Of a stretch of DNA of 51,322 nucleotides, positions 41,765 to 51,322 are shown in pieces. The translations under genes and the position numbers were made by a program. The notes under the pieces were generated by a model that did no database searches, was not told the origin of the DNA, and saw only the letters and a list, made by a program, of their open reading frames with translations. The first letter of the stretch is position 1; each line of letters begins with the position of its first letter. Source of the stretch: Chrysochromulina tobinii (Eukaryota); NCBI GenBank assembly GCA_001275005.1, contig JWZX01003361.1, positions 1 through 51,322 of the forward strand, written 5' to 3'.

Positions 41765-42247
41765 ATGGGCCTCTTGAGCCTCTACATCAACAACAAGGCG
41801 GGTGGTCTTATCTACCACAAGGTGTGCACGCGCATCCGCCTTCTGCGTCCGCTCGCGGCTCGATGATCACGCGTGCATCCGCTCGCGCAGGACTTTGCGG
41901 CGCACTGTCCAAGTTTGGATGTGAATGACCACCTTCGGCTCGCCTCCACGTTTAGCGGTCTCGCCCTCATCATGAAGCAGCTTTCGCCGGTGCCCGGCTC
42001 CGGCAAAATGGTCGAGCTCGAGTGCGACAGCTTCGTGCTGCAATCGTTCGACACAGCGACGGGCCTCAAGTTCTTCCTCACTGCCGACCCAGACTCACGA
42101 CACATCGATGCTGTCCTCAAAGAGGTCTACGTGTTGTACTCGGACTACGTGCTGAAGAATCCCTTCTACGAGCTTGACATGCCCATCCAATGCTCGAAGT
42201 TTGACGAGAAAGTGCAGAAGCTTGCGGCGGACTACAATAGGAGGTGA
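41765..42247 (+). CDS. TRAPPC4: Trafficking protein particle complex subunit 4 (Trs23/synbindin); intron 41822-41890
   Basis: LYINNKAGGLIYHK|DF...NDHLRLASTF, QLSP, TATGLKF, YVLYSDYVLKNPFYELDMPI.C.KFD. Confidence 0.95.
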
Positions 42248-42328
42248 ACCCTCACAACACATGTGCACAGGCGCTCTGGGCCGCAGCACCCCGCACAGAG
42301 GCTCGATCCTACGAGCTGTCAGGTTAAA

Positions 42329-42344
42329 AGAGAGAGAGAGAGAG
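42329..42344. repeat. (AG)n microsatellite
   Basis: Directly visible. Confidence 0.9.
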
Positions 42345-42827
42345 ATAGTGGGCCGAACTCGACATACTTAGGCCACAAAGGCCTCGAGTCTACTTCCATC
42401 TTGCGTGCGCAAGTCGGACTAGGAAGTCGTCCGGGCGCGGTGGTGCTGCGTGCGCGTTGGAGCGCGCGACCCGGCAAGACCCGGCGCGCGCGCGGTCGTC
42501 GCCGGTCCGGATAACGGATAGCTGTTTTTTAGGGTCATTTCACGCGTACATAGCTACGTACGTCAGTTGCCACACATACTTGAGACTTGCGTTGCGGACA
42601 TGCAGCGCGTCACCACAGATTCGGAACCCTCCACCGCCCGGCGCGCCGCGCTCAGAGGCGTCCCGCTCGGAGGAACAAACAACAAAGAAACGGGCAGTGT
42701 GTCACACGGGTTCGAAAAGACCAGTCCAGGATCTCTCCTCTGTCAAGGCGTGACGCTCTCGGATCCGCGCGCACATGGTACGGCTGATACGCGCGCGCCG
42801 TCTCCTTTCGTCTATCGCCTATAGACC

Positions 42828-43763
42828 TCATGCCAGATTGGTGAGCTCAAACCGCTTCGGCAGCTGCTCGTTCACGTAGAGATGGCAGCCGTCGTTACGC
42901 ATCTTGATGAGGATGCGAGCGATGTTGCGCGTGTCGTCGATACCCGAATGCAACCGCCCCTCAAACTTGAGATTCTGACGCTCGAGCATCTTGTGAATCT
43001 TGAGATTCCTCGTATTGTAGAATTCGGCGAACATCGACTTGATGTTAACCCACTTGGCGTAGTAAGCGGCCATCGGGATTCCTTTTCGACTGCACTCACC
43101 AGCTAGAAAGAAGCGCAGGTCGAAGGGGCCATCCGCAGCGAATGCAAAGTTCTTGTTCTCGTCCGTATACTCCAAACCCTTGGCGATGCGCCACACCTCA
43201 AACGCCGCAAGCACCTCGGGGAGCGTCGGTGCGCTGTCCACTTGCCCCTGCGTGATGCCAGTCAGCCGCGTGCAAAACTCCGTGAGCGTCGTGTTGACCG
43301 TTGGGCGCACAAAGGAGCGAAACTCGGCGATAGCCGCCGGGCCTCCCTCTGCGAGCAGGTCCACGAGCACCACCGGAAATTCGATGATCTCGTGCTGGTA
43401 GCTGTTGGTGAACTCGTCACACGTTGCCTCAACGTCAAGCACACAAACATACTGGAATGGCGGAGCCGGCAGCGCTTTGGACGGGCGCTGATGCCTTGCG
43501 AGGTGCGTGGTTGGTGGCGCGGCGAGCATTACATCCAAGTTGGATGCTCGCTCGCCCGCTGCCTCGCCGCGCCTCCGCCGGCGCGTGCGCCGAGAGATTG
43601 GGTCCAGATGGCTGGAGATTGGCGGAGGCGCACGGCAGCAGCTGTAGCGATTCGGTTGAGCCGCGCGTAGACGGCCGTAGCTGCTGCTGGTTATAGCGAT
43701 GCCGCCATAGTGGATCGTGCTTGGCAAGAAGCACACGGCCATCAACATCACGTGGACCGCCAT
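42828..43763 (-). CDS. ERI1: ERI1-family DEDDh 3'-5' exonuclease with N-terminal targeting-like leader
   Basis: CVLDVEATC, HEIIEFP, FVRPT..LTEFCTRLTGITQ, DGPFDL, FEGRLHSGIDDTRNIARI. Confidence 0.9.
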   Translation of the reverse strand: MAVHVMLMAVCFLPSTIHYGGIAITSSSYGRLRAAQPNRYSCCRAPPPISSHLDPISRRTRRRRRGEAAGERASNLDVMLAAPPTTHLARHQRPSKALPAPPFQYVCVLDVEATCDEFTNSYQHEIIEFPVVLVDLLAEGGPAAIAEFRSFVRPTVNTTLTEFCTRLTGITQGQVDSAPTLPEVLAAFEVWRIAKGLEYTDENKNFAFAADGPFDLRFFLAGECSRKGIPMAAYYAKWVNIKSMFAEFYNTRNLKIHKMLERQNLKFEGRLHSGIDDTRNIARILIKMRNDGCHLYVNEQLPKRFELTNLA

Positions 43764-44242
43764 CCAGGCCCGTGGATGGGCCTCCGTGCGGAGAGCTTTT
43801 TGATTGTGTTGTGAAATCTGAAATGTTTGAGACCGTCTTTCCCCACCACCCCACTCGATTGTCGTTTCGTCCCGAGAGCCGTTCTGTGGCCGTGCCCTAA
43901 ATGTTTAGAGTGCTACCGTCGGCTTCCCCGCACCCCTGTTTGTCGCCCTCCGCCACTCCTTCGTGGTGCTCCCGAGCGTTACATATTGAACACAAGCGCA
44001 TGCCGCATGGGTCTTGCAGCCGGGGACAATATTGTTTCAGCCTCTGGCCGTGCACGCTTCTCGGCGGTGCTGCCGCTGTTCATCGCCACCGCCGCTGTCA
44101 GGACTCGGTGACCCACGGGCCCGGGCTGCGGGGCTCGGTGGGCCACCTCAGCTAAGGTGCCACAGCGCCAGCGTTGGGGCGCGCCGCGCGCACGCCCGCC
44201 TCGGCTGCCGGCGGCTCGTCCTTGAATGGCGGCGCGGCCCCT

Positions 44243-44275
44243 GTTAGGGTTAGGCAAGTTAGGGTTAGGTTAGGC
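44243..44275. repeat. Interstitial telomere-like TTAGG(G) repeats
   Basis: GTTAGGGTTAGGCAAGTTAGGGTTAGGTTAGG; on the minus strand reads CCTAACCCTAACAG, a branch point plus acceptor-like end. Confidence 0.8.
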
Positions 44276-44408
44276 AAGGCATGATTGCGAGAGTCGGAAG
44301 AGCCGGACCTGCTCTTCCAACTTTCCGAGCCGGACCTGCTCTTCCGACTTTCCGGCTCTTCCGTCTGGACTTGAAGCCCAGCTCTTGGAACGTGGCCCCA
44401 CGCTTCAA

Positions 44409-45212
44409 CTAGCGAGCCGGTCGAGGTCGTCGAGGAATCCCTGAGCAGTGCGCAAAGGCGCCCTCACCAATGCTCGTAAGGGTGTCGGGCAGCACAATCG
44501 ATGTCATCGCAGTGCAGTCCGCGAAAGCGCCGGAGCCGAGGCTTGTGAGGCCCGTCGGCAGCTTGATTGATGTCATTGATGTGTCCCCGCGGAAAAGGCC
44601 CGGCGGCACGCGCGCCTTGCCATGGTGCAGCGCGCACGCCGCGAGCAGAACCTCGATGGGCGCCTCACCCTCGCGAGTCGGAAGAGCCGGACCTGCTCTT
44701 CCGACTTTCCGGCTCTTCCGTCTGGACTTGAAGCCCAGCTCTTGGAACGTGGCCCCACGCTTCAAGCGAGCGTCGAGGTCGTCGAGGAGCGCCCGCTGCG
44801 GATTGGATTGACGGCCCGACGCTGGCGTGCTGCGGATTGACGGCCCAACGCTGGCGCGCTGCGGATTGACGGCCTGACGCTGGCGCGCTGCGGCCGTCGC
44901 TGGCGTGCTGCGGATTGACGGCCCAACGCTGGCGCGCTGCGGATTGACGGCCTGACGCTGGCGCGCTGCGGATTGACGGCCGAGCGGGCACGCAGGCGCT
45001 CGAGCTCCTGGGCTTCGCGTTGGAGGTGGATTAGGAGGTGGAAGGCCTTGTGCTCGCGCACCCACGTCTCCGCCGACTGCAGGCGCGCTAAAGGCACGTC
45101 CTTCGAGTAGGGAGAGCCTGAAACACGGCTCTCCCACTCTCGAGATCCGGGTTAGATCCGGGTAGTGTGTGGTCAATGTGCCGCGGGGCCTTTTTGCTAA
45201 GGGGGCAGCCAC
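44409..45212 (-). pseudogene. Rearranged ORF with BspA-type leucine-rich repeat (LRR_5) fragment
   Basis: SMTSIKLPTGLTSLGSGAFADCTAMTSIVLPDTLTSIGEGAFAHCSG, truncated by a duplicated segment; rest of the ORF is built from tandem repeats; no ATG start. Confidence 0.5.
44795..44981. repeat. About 29-nt minisatellite (GCTGCGGATTGACGGCCCAACGCTGGCGC variants)
   Basis: About six degenerate tandem copies directly visible. Confidence 0.85.
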
Positions 45213-46135
45213 TTCACTCGCCTCCGCCGGGGAGTTTTATAGCCACAGCCGTGGACCAGGCCGTGGATTCGTCCACTTTTCTGGCAGGTTGCCGTTTCAT
45301 GAACCTGTTCGTGACGAGGAATCTGGTCCCCCAGAGTCTCCCAGGGGATTTAGGACCCTTGGTCGAGCTCCGAACGACGGACCCCGAGCTGCAACTGATC
45401 GTGCCGGCGATGCATTTTGCAGAGCATGCCCATATGAACAAGTTTTTCGGGCACGATGACGTGGCTGGCATCGAGCAGGTTGTCCTTGTGCCCTTCAACG
45501 GAGGACGAGCGCTCGGACGACAGCTTCGTCGACTCCGACCTGGCGATTCTCGACGAAGTGGTCGTGCCCGATGCAAAGGCGCGGCTGCCCAAGAAGCGTC
45601 CTGCCGGTGGCTCGCTCTCAAAGCTCAACCGGAAGAAGGCCGTCTCAGCGGCAGCACAAGAGCCGCTCTAGCTCATCAGCGGCGGCGAAGCGCTGGAGGG
45701 CTGCGTGGTGGCGCGGCGCGCTCCCGCCACGGTGGATCAGGCCAAACAGCACAGCTAGTTTGTGTGTGTAGCGAGATTGTGTGGTCAATGTGCCGCGGGG
45801 CCTTTTTGCTAAGGGGGCAGCCACTTCACTCGCCGCCGCCGGGGAGTTATTTACCCTTGGAGTTTTATAGCCACAGCCGTGGACCTGGCCGTGGATTCGT
45901 CCGCTTTTCTGGCAGGTTGCCGTTTCATGAACCTGTTCGTGACGAGGAATCTGGTCCCCCAGAGTCTCCCAGGGGATTTAGGACCCTTGGTCGAGCTCCG
46001 AACGACGGACCCCGAGCTGCAACTGATCGTGCCGGCGATGCATTTTGCAGAGCATGCCCATATGAAGTTATGAACAAGTTTTTCGGGCACGATGACGTGG
46101 CTGGCATCGAGCAGGTTGTCCTTGTGCCCTTCAAC
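45166..46135 (+). repeat. About 335-bp direct segmental duplication (45166-45499 and 45778-46135)
   Basis: Near-identical sequence from TGTGTGGTCAATGTG to CCCTTCAAC; second copy has 16-nt and 8-nt insertions. Confidence 0.92.
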
Positions 46136-46376
46136 TCACACACGATAGTCAGCCGTGAGCATTCATTGAGTGCAATACATGCTGATGCTCCTAGTTCTGT
46201 TCACCATTCATTGAGTGCTGCCCTGTGCCCTCGCGCGTGACAGAATCGCATCAGCATGCTCCTCAGCAGCCCTGCTTTCCATCCCGCACCTCTTCACAAA
46301 ATCCCTTCTCTCCCCCCCTTCCCCCCATCACCCTTCACACCGCATGCGCTTCACACTACGTTGAGAATCTTTACAG

Positions 46377-46933
46377 CCCGTTCACAAGAAGGCCTTCCTA
46401 AACGAATGCACGAGCGCACGCGACGGGCCGCACGCGAGGTTGCGGCAGCAGCACGCTTCCCGCCTGGCGGCATGCCGATGGGGCCATGGCCAGGCAGCGG
46501 TGACGGCATGTTCCTCGGCGGCATGCCGTACGGCGGTGGCATGGTCCCTGGTATCCTCGGTGGCGACTTTGATCCGGGCGGTGGACTGCCGCCGCCCTCC
46601 GGTCCGAACCCCTTTGGCGGCCGCGGCGGGCCATACGGCGGTGGCGGTCTGCCATTTGGCGGCGGCGGTCTGCCATTTGGCGGTGGCGGTCTGCCCGCCG
46701 GCCCCGGAGGATTCCTTCCTCCGGGCGCCGTGCCGCCCGGCGCGCGGCACGATCTGATCTCGCCCCTCCTCGATCCAGATGGCATGATTGGCATGGGCGG
46801 CGGTCTGGGTGGTGGTATGGGCGGCAGAGGGCGTGGGCGCGGGCGAGGCGGCGGGCGGGGTGGCTTCTTCCCAACCATGCCGGGAGGCGGCGGCGGCTTC
46901 GATGGGTGGGACCCAGCGGGTGGCATGCTTTGA
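46377..46933 (+). CDS. Terminal exon of a PI31/FBXO7-like Pro/Gly-rich protein; upstream exons not identified
   Basis: VPGILGGDFD (FBXO7-like PGIIGGEYD) and LPPGAVPPGARHD (PI31-like LPPGAVPPGARFD), RG repeats; preceded by a pyrimidine tract and TTTACAG acceptor. Confidence 0.6.
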
Positions 46934-47901
46934 TCGTCGTCTCGTCGTGGCAATGGTTGTGATCTAGGGAACACTTCCCGATACGTCGCCAGCCTGGTGG
47001 CTGGGGCGCACATACCTCGGTACATACTCGGTTGGTGCGCATCGATCATAATGCGCGAAGCGGGCACGGCTGATACTCGTCGAATCGAAGAGTGTCTGTT
47101 CGGTGCCAGTGTGTCTCCAATGGCTGGGGTCGGTGTTCCCGCGGCGGTTGAGGCGGAAGGCGCAAAAGCGTGGCCTGGCGTGGTACAGTGTGCCGTGCGT
47201 GACGTGTTGTCCGATGTATGCCGATGGCGATGCGGACGCACTGTGGCGGGGGATTCCGGTTGCGGTTCACTGCCGGGGGGCGGGATCGCGGATGCCGGAT
47301 CGGGTGTTTTGGCAAGTGCCCCGCCCACAGTGCACCGCGCGCCGACAGTTCTATCAGACAGAGAGACAGTCCCGCCGGTCCCCGCGGCACGCGACCGGGT
47401 GCGGGTCGTGTGGAGCTGTGTACGCGTCGGGAGATAGCTTGGCGAGTGGGCCGTGCCCGCCGGTGCGCGGTGGGCCTCTCGTCCCCTGTCCCGGTGTCCC
47501 GTGCCGCACCGAACGCGCCGAACCGCCGATACCCGATTCCGCCTAATTCCGCCGAGCCGGGAGTTTAAGCTTAAAGCGAGATTTATCTTCCACAAGCTTC
47601 TAAATGCGCGTGCAGATAAGTTCGAGTTCAAGTTCAAGTCAGATTTGACCTCTCGGCAGACGCCGGCCCGTGGAGATGCTGAGATGCTCGCGGAAGGCGC
47701 AAGCGGTGTCACGACATCATGACACACGACTGTAGAGGGGGTCGGGAGCGGGGGGATGTCGAGATGTCATGAGATGTCGTTCTCACGAATCAGATTCCGT
47801 TGGCCCGTGACCATGGCGATGGCCCCTGCCCGCACGAATGTATGGATGTGGGCCCGCTCCAAAGATGACTGATATGCCTTCCCTCGTTCCCTGTTCCTTG
47901 A

Positions 47902-49293
47902 TCAGGAGCGCAGGTCCTCCCGCACGTCGCGCTGGCAAGCGGGGCAAGTTGGCTTGTCCTTGAGCCATTGGCTCACGCACTTCTTGTGGAAGCCGTGCGC
48001 GCAAGGAAGCATGTGCATCTCATCCCCTTCGTCGTACTCACACAGGCAGATGACGCAAGAGGCCTCCCCCTTGCTGGCCAGGGCGTCGCGCTCGCCGAGG
48101 TAGCGGCGCGAGGCGAGGGCGCTCATCTGGGCGCGACTCAGGCCTTGAGAGACCGCATTCGCGTCGAGCGCGAGCAGCTCCTCGTACGTCGCGTCCTCAC
48201 GAGGAGCTCCTCCCACGACGCCCATTGCTTCGAACGCGCCGCCGCCGCCGAGAGGGAAGCCGCCGAATGGGAAGCCGCCGAATGGGAAGCCGCCGAATGG
48301 GAAGCCGCCGCCGCCGCCGCCGCCGAAGCCGCCGACGCCGCCGAACCCGGCACCGATGTCCCTGTGCCTCAACAGATCAGCTACGTAGCAGCTCTGACAC
48401 CACTCGTAACCGCGGTTGGGCGGCGACGCGCTGCACCTCGTGCACAGCGAGCGGGATGCCGAAGCGGCGCGTCGGCGGGCAGCGGGCGGCGCCTCATGAG
48501 CGGAACGAGCGACGCGGCGGCGGGCGGCTGGCTGTTCAGCGGCCGCCGCACCGGGTGCTGAGCTGGACACTTCCCGGCGGCTTCTTTCAAGCACCTCCTC
48601 CAGCATCAGGCGTTCGAACTCGTCAGTGCCGGAGTCGTGCGGGAAGATGGGAGGCGGTGGCGGTGCCAAGCTGTCGGCACTGCCGGATGGAGCTGATAGG
48701 CAAATGTTGACGTGGAGTTGCAGAGCTCGGTGGTCGCGAAACGGCGCGTGCCTGCAACTCGCGCCGTGAAGAGGGCACTGTAAGTGTTCTTCCTCGGCGT
48801 CGCCGGCAGTCAGGTCAAAGTCCCGGTCAGCTGCCGTCGGCGGCCTCGGTGGAGGGGAGTCGGCAGTGAGATCCATCGCACCCGTAGCACGCGGCTGCCC
48901 TGGCGGCGAGACAGTTAAGTCGACTCGCGCGCGCTTCTCGGCGGCTGCAGCCGCTCGAGAGCGCGGCTCTGCCGCGGCGCCCAATGCAGCTTCCGCCGAC
49001 GCCTCTGCCTGCTGAAGCAGTGCAGCGACCGCAGAGTGCCCCTTATCGTGCGCAACTTGCGCGGGCGTCTTGCTCTTTGGGTTGCATACGCTCGCCGGCG
49101 CACCTGCAGCCAGCAACATCTGAACGATTCGCATGTGGCCCTTGCTGGCTGCCGCATGCAGCAGGCTCCAGCCAGAGAACATGCCGGTGGTCTGGCACGC
49201 GGCGGCGTCGATGGAGCGTGACTGCAGCATCGAGGCGAGCTCCGCCTCGGCGCCATTCTGGCAGAGCTGGAAAGCGCGGCTAATGTCTGACAT
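47902..49293 (-). CDS. Ankyrin-repeat, SIM and zinc-finger containing RING-H2 E3 ubiquitin ligase
   Basis: GWSLLHAAASKGH, KTPAQVAHDKGH; three xDLT motifs; TYEELLALD..GLS; CVICLCEYDEGDEMHMLPCAHGFHKKCVSQWL...CPAC. Confidence 0.9.
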   Translation of the reverse strand: MSDISRAFQLCQNGAEAELASMLQSRSIDAAACQTTGMFSGWSLLHAAASKGHMRIVQMLLAAGAPASVCNPKSKTPAQVAHDKGHSAVAALLQQAEASAEAALGAAAEPRSRAAAAAEKRARVDLTVSPPGQPRATGAMDLTADSPPPRPPTAADRDFDLTAGDAEEEHLQCPLHGASCRHAPFRDHRALQLHVNICLSAPSGSADSLAPPPPPIFPHDSGTDEFERLMLEEVLERSRREVSSSAPGAAAAEQPAARRRVARSAHEAPPAARRRAASASRSLCTRCSASPPNRGYEWCQSCYVADLLRHRDIGAGFGGVGGFGGGGGGGFPFGGFPFGGFPFGGFPLGGGGAFEAMGVVGGAPREDATYEELLALDANAVSQGLSRAQMSALASRRYLGERDALASKGEASCVICLCEYDEGDEMHMLPCAHGFHKKCVSQWLKDKPTCPACQRDVREDLRS

Positions 49294-49472
49294 CTTACTG
49301 TCAACTAACCTCAGAGCCCGTACGAAGCGGCGTGCCGCGGCATCGCGAAGTGGCGCGAGAGAGTCGCGAGAGCTGCGACAAGTCACAAATGAAACGCAGA
49401 GACACGAGGACCCCTCCCCCGCCCTCCACCTCACCCGTGTTATCTACTTTTTGGGCAGATTTCTTCGCAAAA

Positions 49473-50081
49473 ATGTGGAGACGAGCTCTCGTGCGCACCG
49501 CTTTCTCCGCACCCGCCACGCGCTGGTCTTCGTCCGTGCCGGCGGCGGCTGCGACGCCGTCGCAGCCGGTCACCCTCTACCAGCTGCCCGCCTTCTCCTC
49601 GCGCAAGGAGCGCATCCGCAAGTTCGGGCTCATCTCCTTGAGCGCCGACTTTACGAAGCAGCAGCTGCGCCGGTCCAAGGGTGAGGTGGGCGGGCTCTCC
49701 GACTCGTTCCGTGTGCAGACTTACACGGTGCCGCTCGACAAGCCCGCTGAGTTTGCGTTGCCGCGCGTCTACGGCTACGGCCGCTCACGAAGCAAGTGGC
49801 TCGCAGCAGAGGTGGGCGTCTTTGGTAACTGCAAGCTGATGCGCATGCGCGAGTCGCAGCGCGCGTACATCCGCCGCGCGCTCGGCGCGGCGTGCATTGC
49901 GTACGACGATCCGTCCAAGGCCGCCGGCGCCGCCCTCCGCAAGGAGGTGGGGCTCAACATCCAGCGGCTCAAGGACATTCGTTGCTACCGCGGTATTCGC
50001 CACGAGCTGCGGCTGCCCTCGCGCGGCCAGCGCACGCGCACGAACGCGAAGACGCGCAGGAAGATGGGCCCGCTCAATTAG
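49473..50081 (+). CDS. rps13: Mitochondrial ribosomal protein uS13 (nucleus-encoded)
   Basis: Arg/Ser/Ala-rich presequence MWRRALVRTAFS; ALPRVYGYGRSRS, NIQRLKDIRCYRGIRHELRLPSRGQRTRTNAKTRR. Confidence 0.92.
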   Translation: MWRRALVRTAFSAPATRWSSSVPAAAATPSQPVTLYQLPAFSSRKERIRKFGLISLSADFTKQQLRRSKGEVGGLSDSFRVQTYTVPLDKPAEFALPRVYGYGRSRSKWLAAEVGVFGNCKLMRMRESQRAYIRRALGAACIAYDDPSKAAGAALRKEVGLNIQRLKDIRCYRGIRHELRLPSRGQRTRTNAKTRRKMGPLN

Positions 50082-50488
50082 CCATGCGGCAGGAGTGAGT
50101 GGAGAGAAGAGAGGTATTAGTGCTGTGACATTGCAACGGGGATGCTCCAAGGACCTAGCTCGCGCCGTGTCTCGGCGGCGGCGCAGGCTTCAGTTCGGTT
50201 CAAACCTTGCTGCCCGACGTCGTTCTCAGGTCTACGACACAGACGACCACAGAATTCGCGACGAGCCCAGGCTGCGGGAGGCGACTATGGGGGACTTCCC
50301 CCGGGCCCACCCGGGTGTGGGGCGCGGGGGCGGCCCTGTCCTCAGTAATTGCGTGGAGGACCGAGCAGCGCGGAGCCCCCCCCGACGGAGTGTGGTGAGC
50401 GCGAGTGTTTTCCCGCGAAACTTCGAAAAAGCGCCCTGTTGAGCTTTCAGGAGCATCTTCGGGCCAGGACATTCAGGAATTCCCTCGC

Positions 50489-51322
50489 ATGCACGTGCCT
50501 ATTGTGTTGCTCCACGTCGCCAGGCTTCCGTGGCATCGGCCATCACCAGTCGCACAGCCGCTGCCTCCGCCCGGACCCAACTACATTGTGCTGCCCTTCA
50601 CCTTCGAGACGCTCTTGGCCGTGCTGGTATGCTGGGTGCTTCCGGTCGTGATCTGGACGTTCACACAGGCTCACAATCCAGCGGATGCGTCGGCGGATGG
50701 CAAGCGGACCGCGACGACTGGCACGGGCCAAGCGGTCGTCATGGACATCGAGCGCCGCAAGGCGGCAGTGTCGGCAGACCCAATCGAGAAGAAGGGTGCC
50801 GACCGGAAGCTGCAGTTGCTCATGTGGGTCTACTTCCTCGTGCCGTACGTGTGGGCGTGGAACACGCAGGAGAACCCGACGGTGCGTGAACAGGTGAGCA
50901 CGTGGATGGCGCAGTCATGGGCGCAGCTCGCCGACGGCCAGGTCACGCTGCATTTTCAGCTGGCGTTCCTCGCGCTCCTGAGCGAGCGTCTATGCTACAC
51001 GTGGGTGCACACCTTCTCCCAATCATTCGTGCGCTTCCACAAGACGAAGTTCGGCCAGATGCTGGGCAAGGAGCCGCTGGACGCCGTACTCAACCTGTTC
51101 TACGTCAATAAGACTTTCCAGCTCGGCACCTTTCTGACGTCCGCGCGCTCCGCCGCCGCTGCCGCCCCCGCCTGCGAGCGTGCGATCGCAAGCTCCGTTG
51201 CGCGCGCCTCTGCTGTGGCATCGCGCGGCGCCTGCCAGAGCGAGCTTGCTTTCCGTGCCCCGCTCGCCTCCAGCCTCGTCTCACTCTCCGCCTGTCCCTC
51301 TCTCTCTCTCTCTCTCTCTCTC
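50489..51322 (+). CDS. 3'-partial membrane protein, phospholipid N-methyltransferase (PEMT/PLMT)-like; absent from the ORF track because it runs off the end
   Basis: Own translation from ATG 50489: TM segments then LALLSERLCYTWVH...EPLDAVLNLFYVNKTFQLGTFL; probable intron donor near 51139. Confidence 0.6.
   Translation, partial: MHVPIVLLHVARLPWHRPSPVAQPLPPPGPNYIVLPFTFETLLAVLVCWVLPVVIWTFTQAHNPADASADGKRTATTGTGQAVVMDIERRKAAVSADPIEKKGADRKLQLLMWVYFLVPYVWAWNTQENPTVREQVSTWMAQSWAQLADGQVTLHFQLAFLALLSERLCYTWVHTFSQSFVRFHKTKFGQMLGKEPLDAVLNLFYVNKTFQLGTFLTSARSAAAAAPACERAIASSVARASAVASRGACQSELAFRAPLASSLVSLSACPSLSLSLSL
51297..51322. repeat. (TC)n microsatellite at window end
   Basis: Directly visible; window start is a poly-G run, so both ends look like contig breaks. 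Confidence 0.9.

Noticed and set aside
44243..44275. True telomere or chromosome end
   Set aside because: Short, degenerate and flanked by genes on both sides.
45167..46240. 357-aa ORF as an intact gene
   Set aside because: Non-ATG start; consists of two copies of a duplicated block read in different frames.
46934..47901. Possible gene or ncRNA in the long intergenic (also 2585-3169, 28045-28529, 41193-41764)
   Set aside because: No recognisable protein motifs, tRNA cloverleaf, snRNA or rRNA signatures by eye; a covariance-model search would be needed.

Overview
GC-rich, gene-dense eukaryotic nuclear DNA with short spliceosomal introns (GT-AG and at least one GC-AG). It is most likely a haptophyte alga (Chrysochromulina-like). 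That is an inference from bipartite plastid-targeting leaders, a diatom-FBAC1-type class II aldolase, flagellar genes, nuclear-encoded mitochondrial rps13 and characteristic intronic 10-mer repeats. About 27 protein-coding loci are supported: multi-cNMP protein, LSMT-type SET protein, IMPACT-like, nested double thioredoxin, axonemal dynein light/EF-hand protein, beta-lactamase-fold/PfkB kinase fusion, isopentenyl phosphate kinase, ASCH-UIM-UBA, plastid FBA II, FkbM-like methyltransferase, U-box protein, MFS transporter, YTH protein, PPP1R36-like, IFT27, MYND protein, PH-AGC (Akt-like) kinase, TRAPPC4, ERI1-like exonuclease, ankyrin-SIM-RING ligase, mitochondrial uS13 and a phospholipid methyltransferase. 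A rearranged, duplicated region lies at 44.2-46.3 kb. The most striking signal is a family of 6-7 introns in unrelated genes. Each is made of sense-oriented CTGATGACNN/CTGATTGCNN 10-mers, and most are flanked by a 15-30 bp copy of the adjacent exon that supplies one splice site, which suggests an active intron-generating mechanism. No rRNA, tRNA or CRISPR array was recognised. All family calls are from motif recognition, not database searches.
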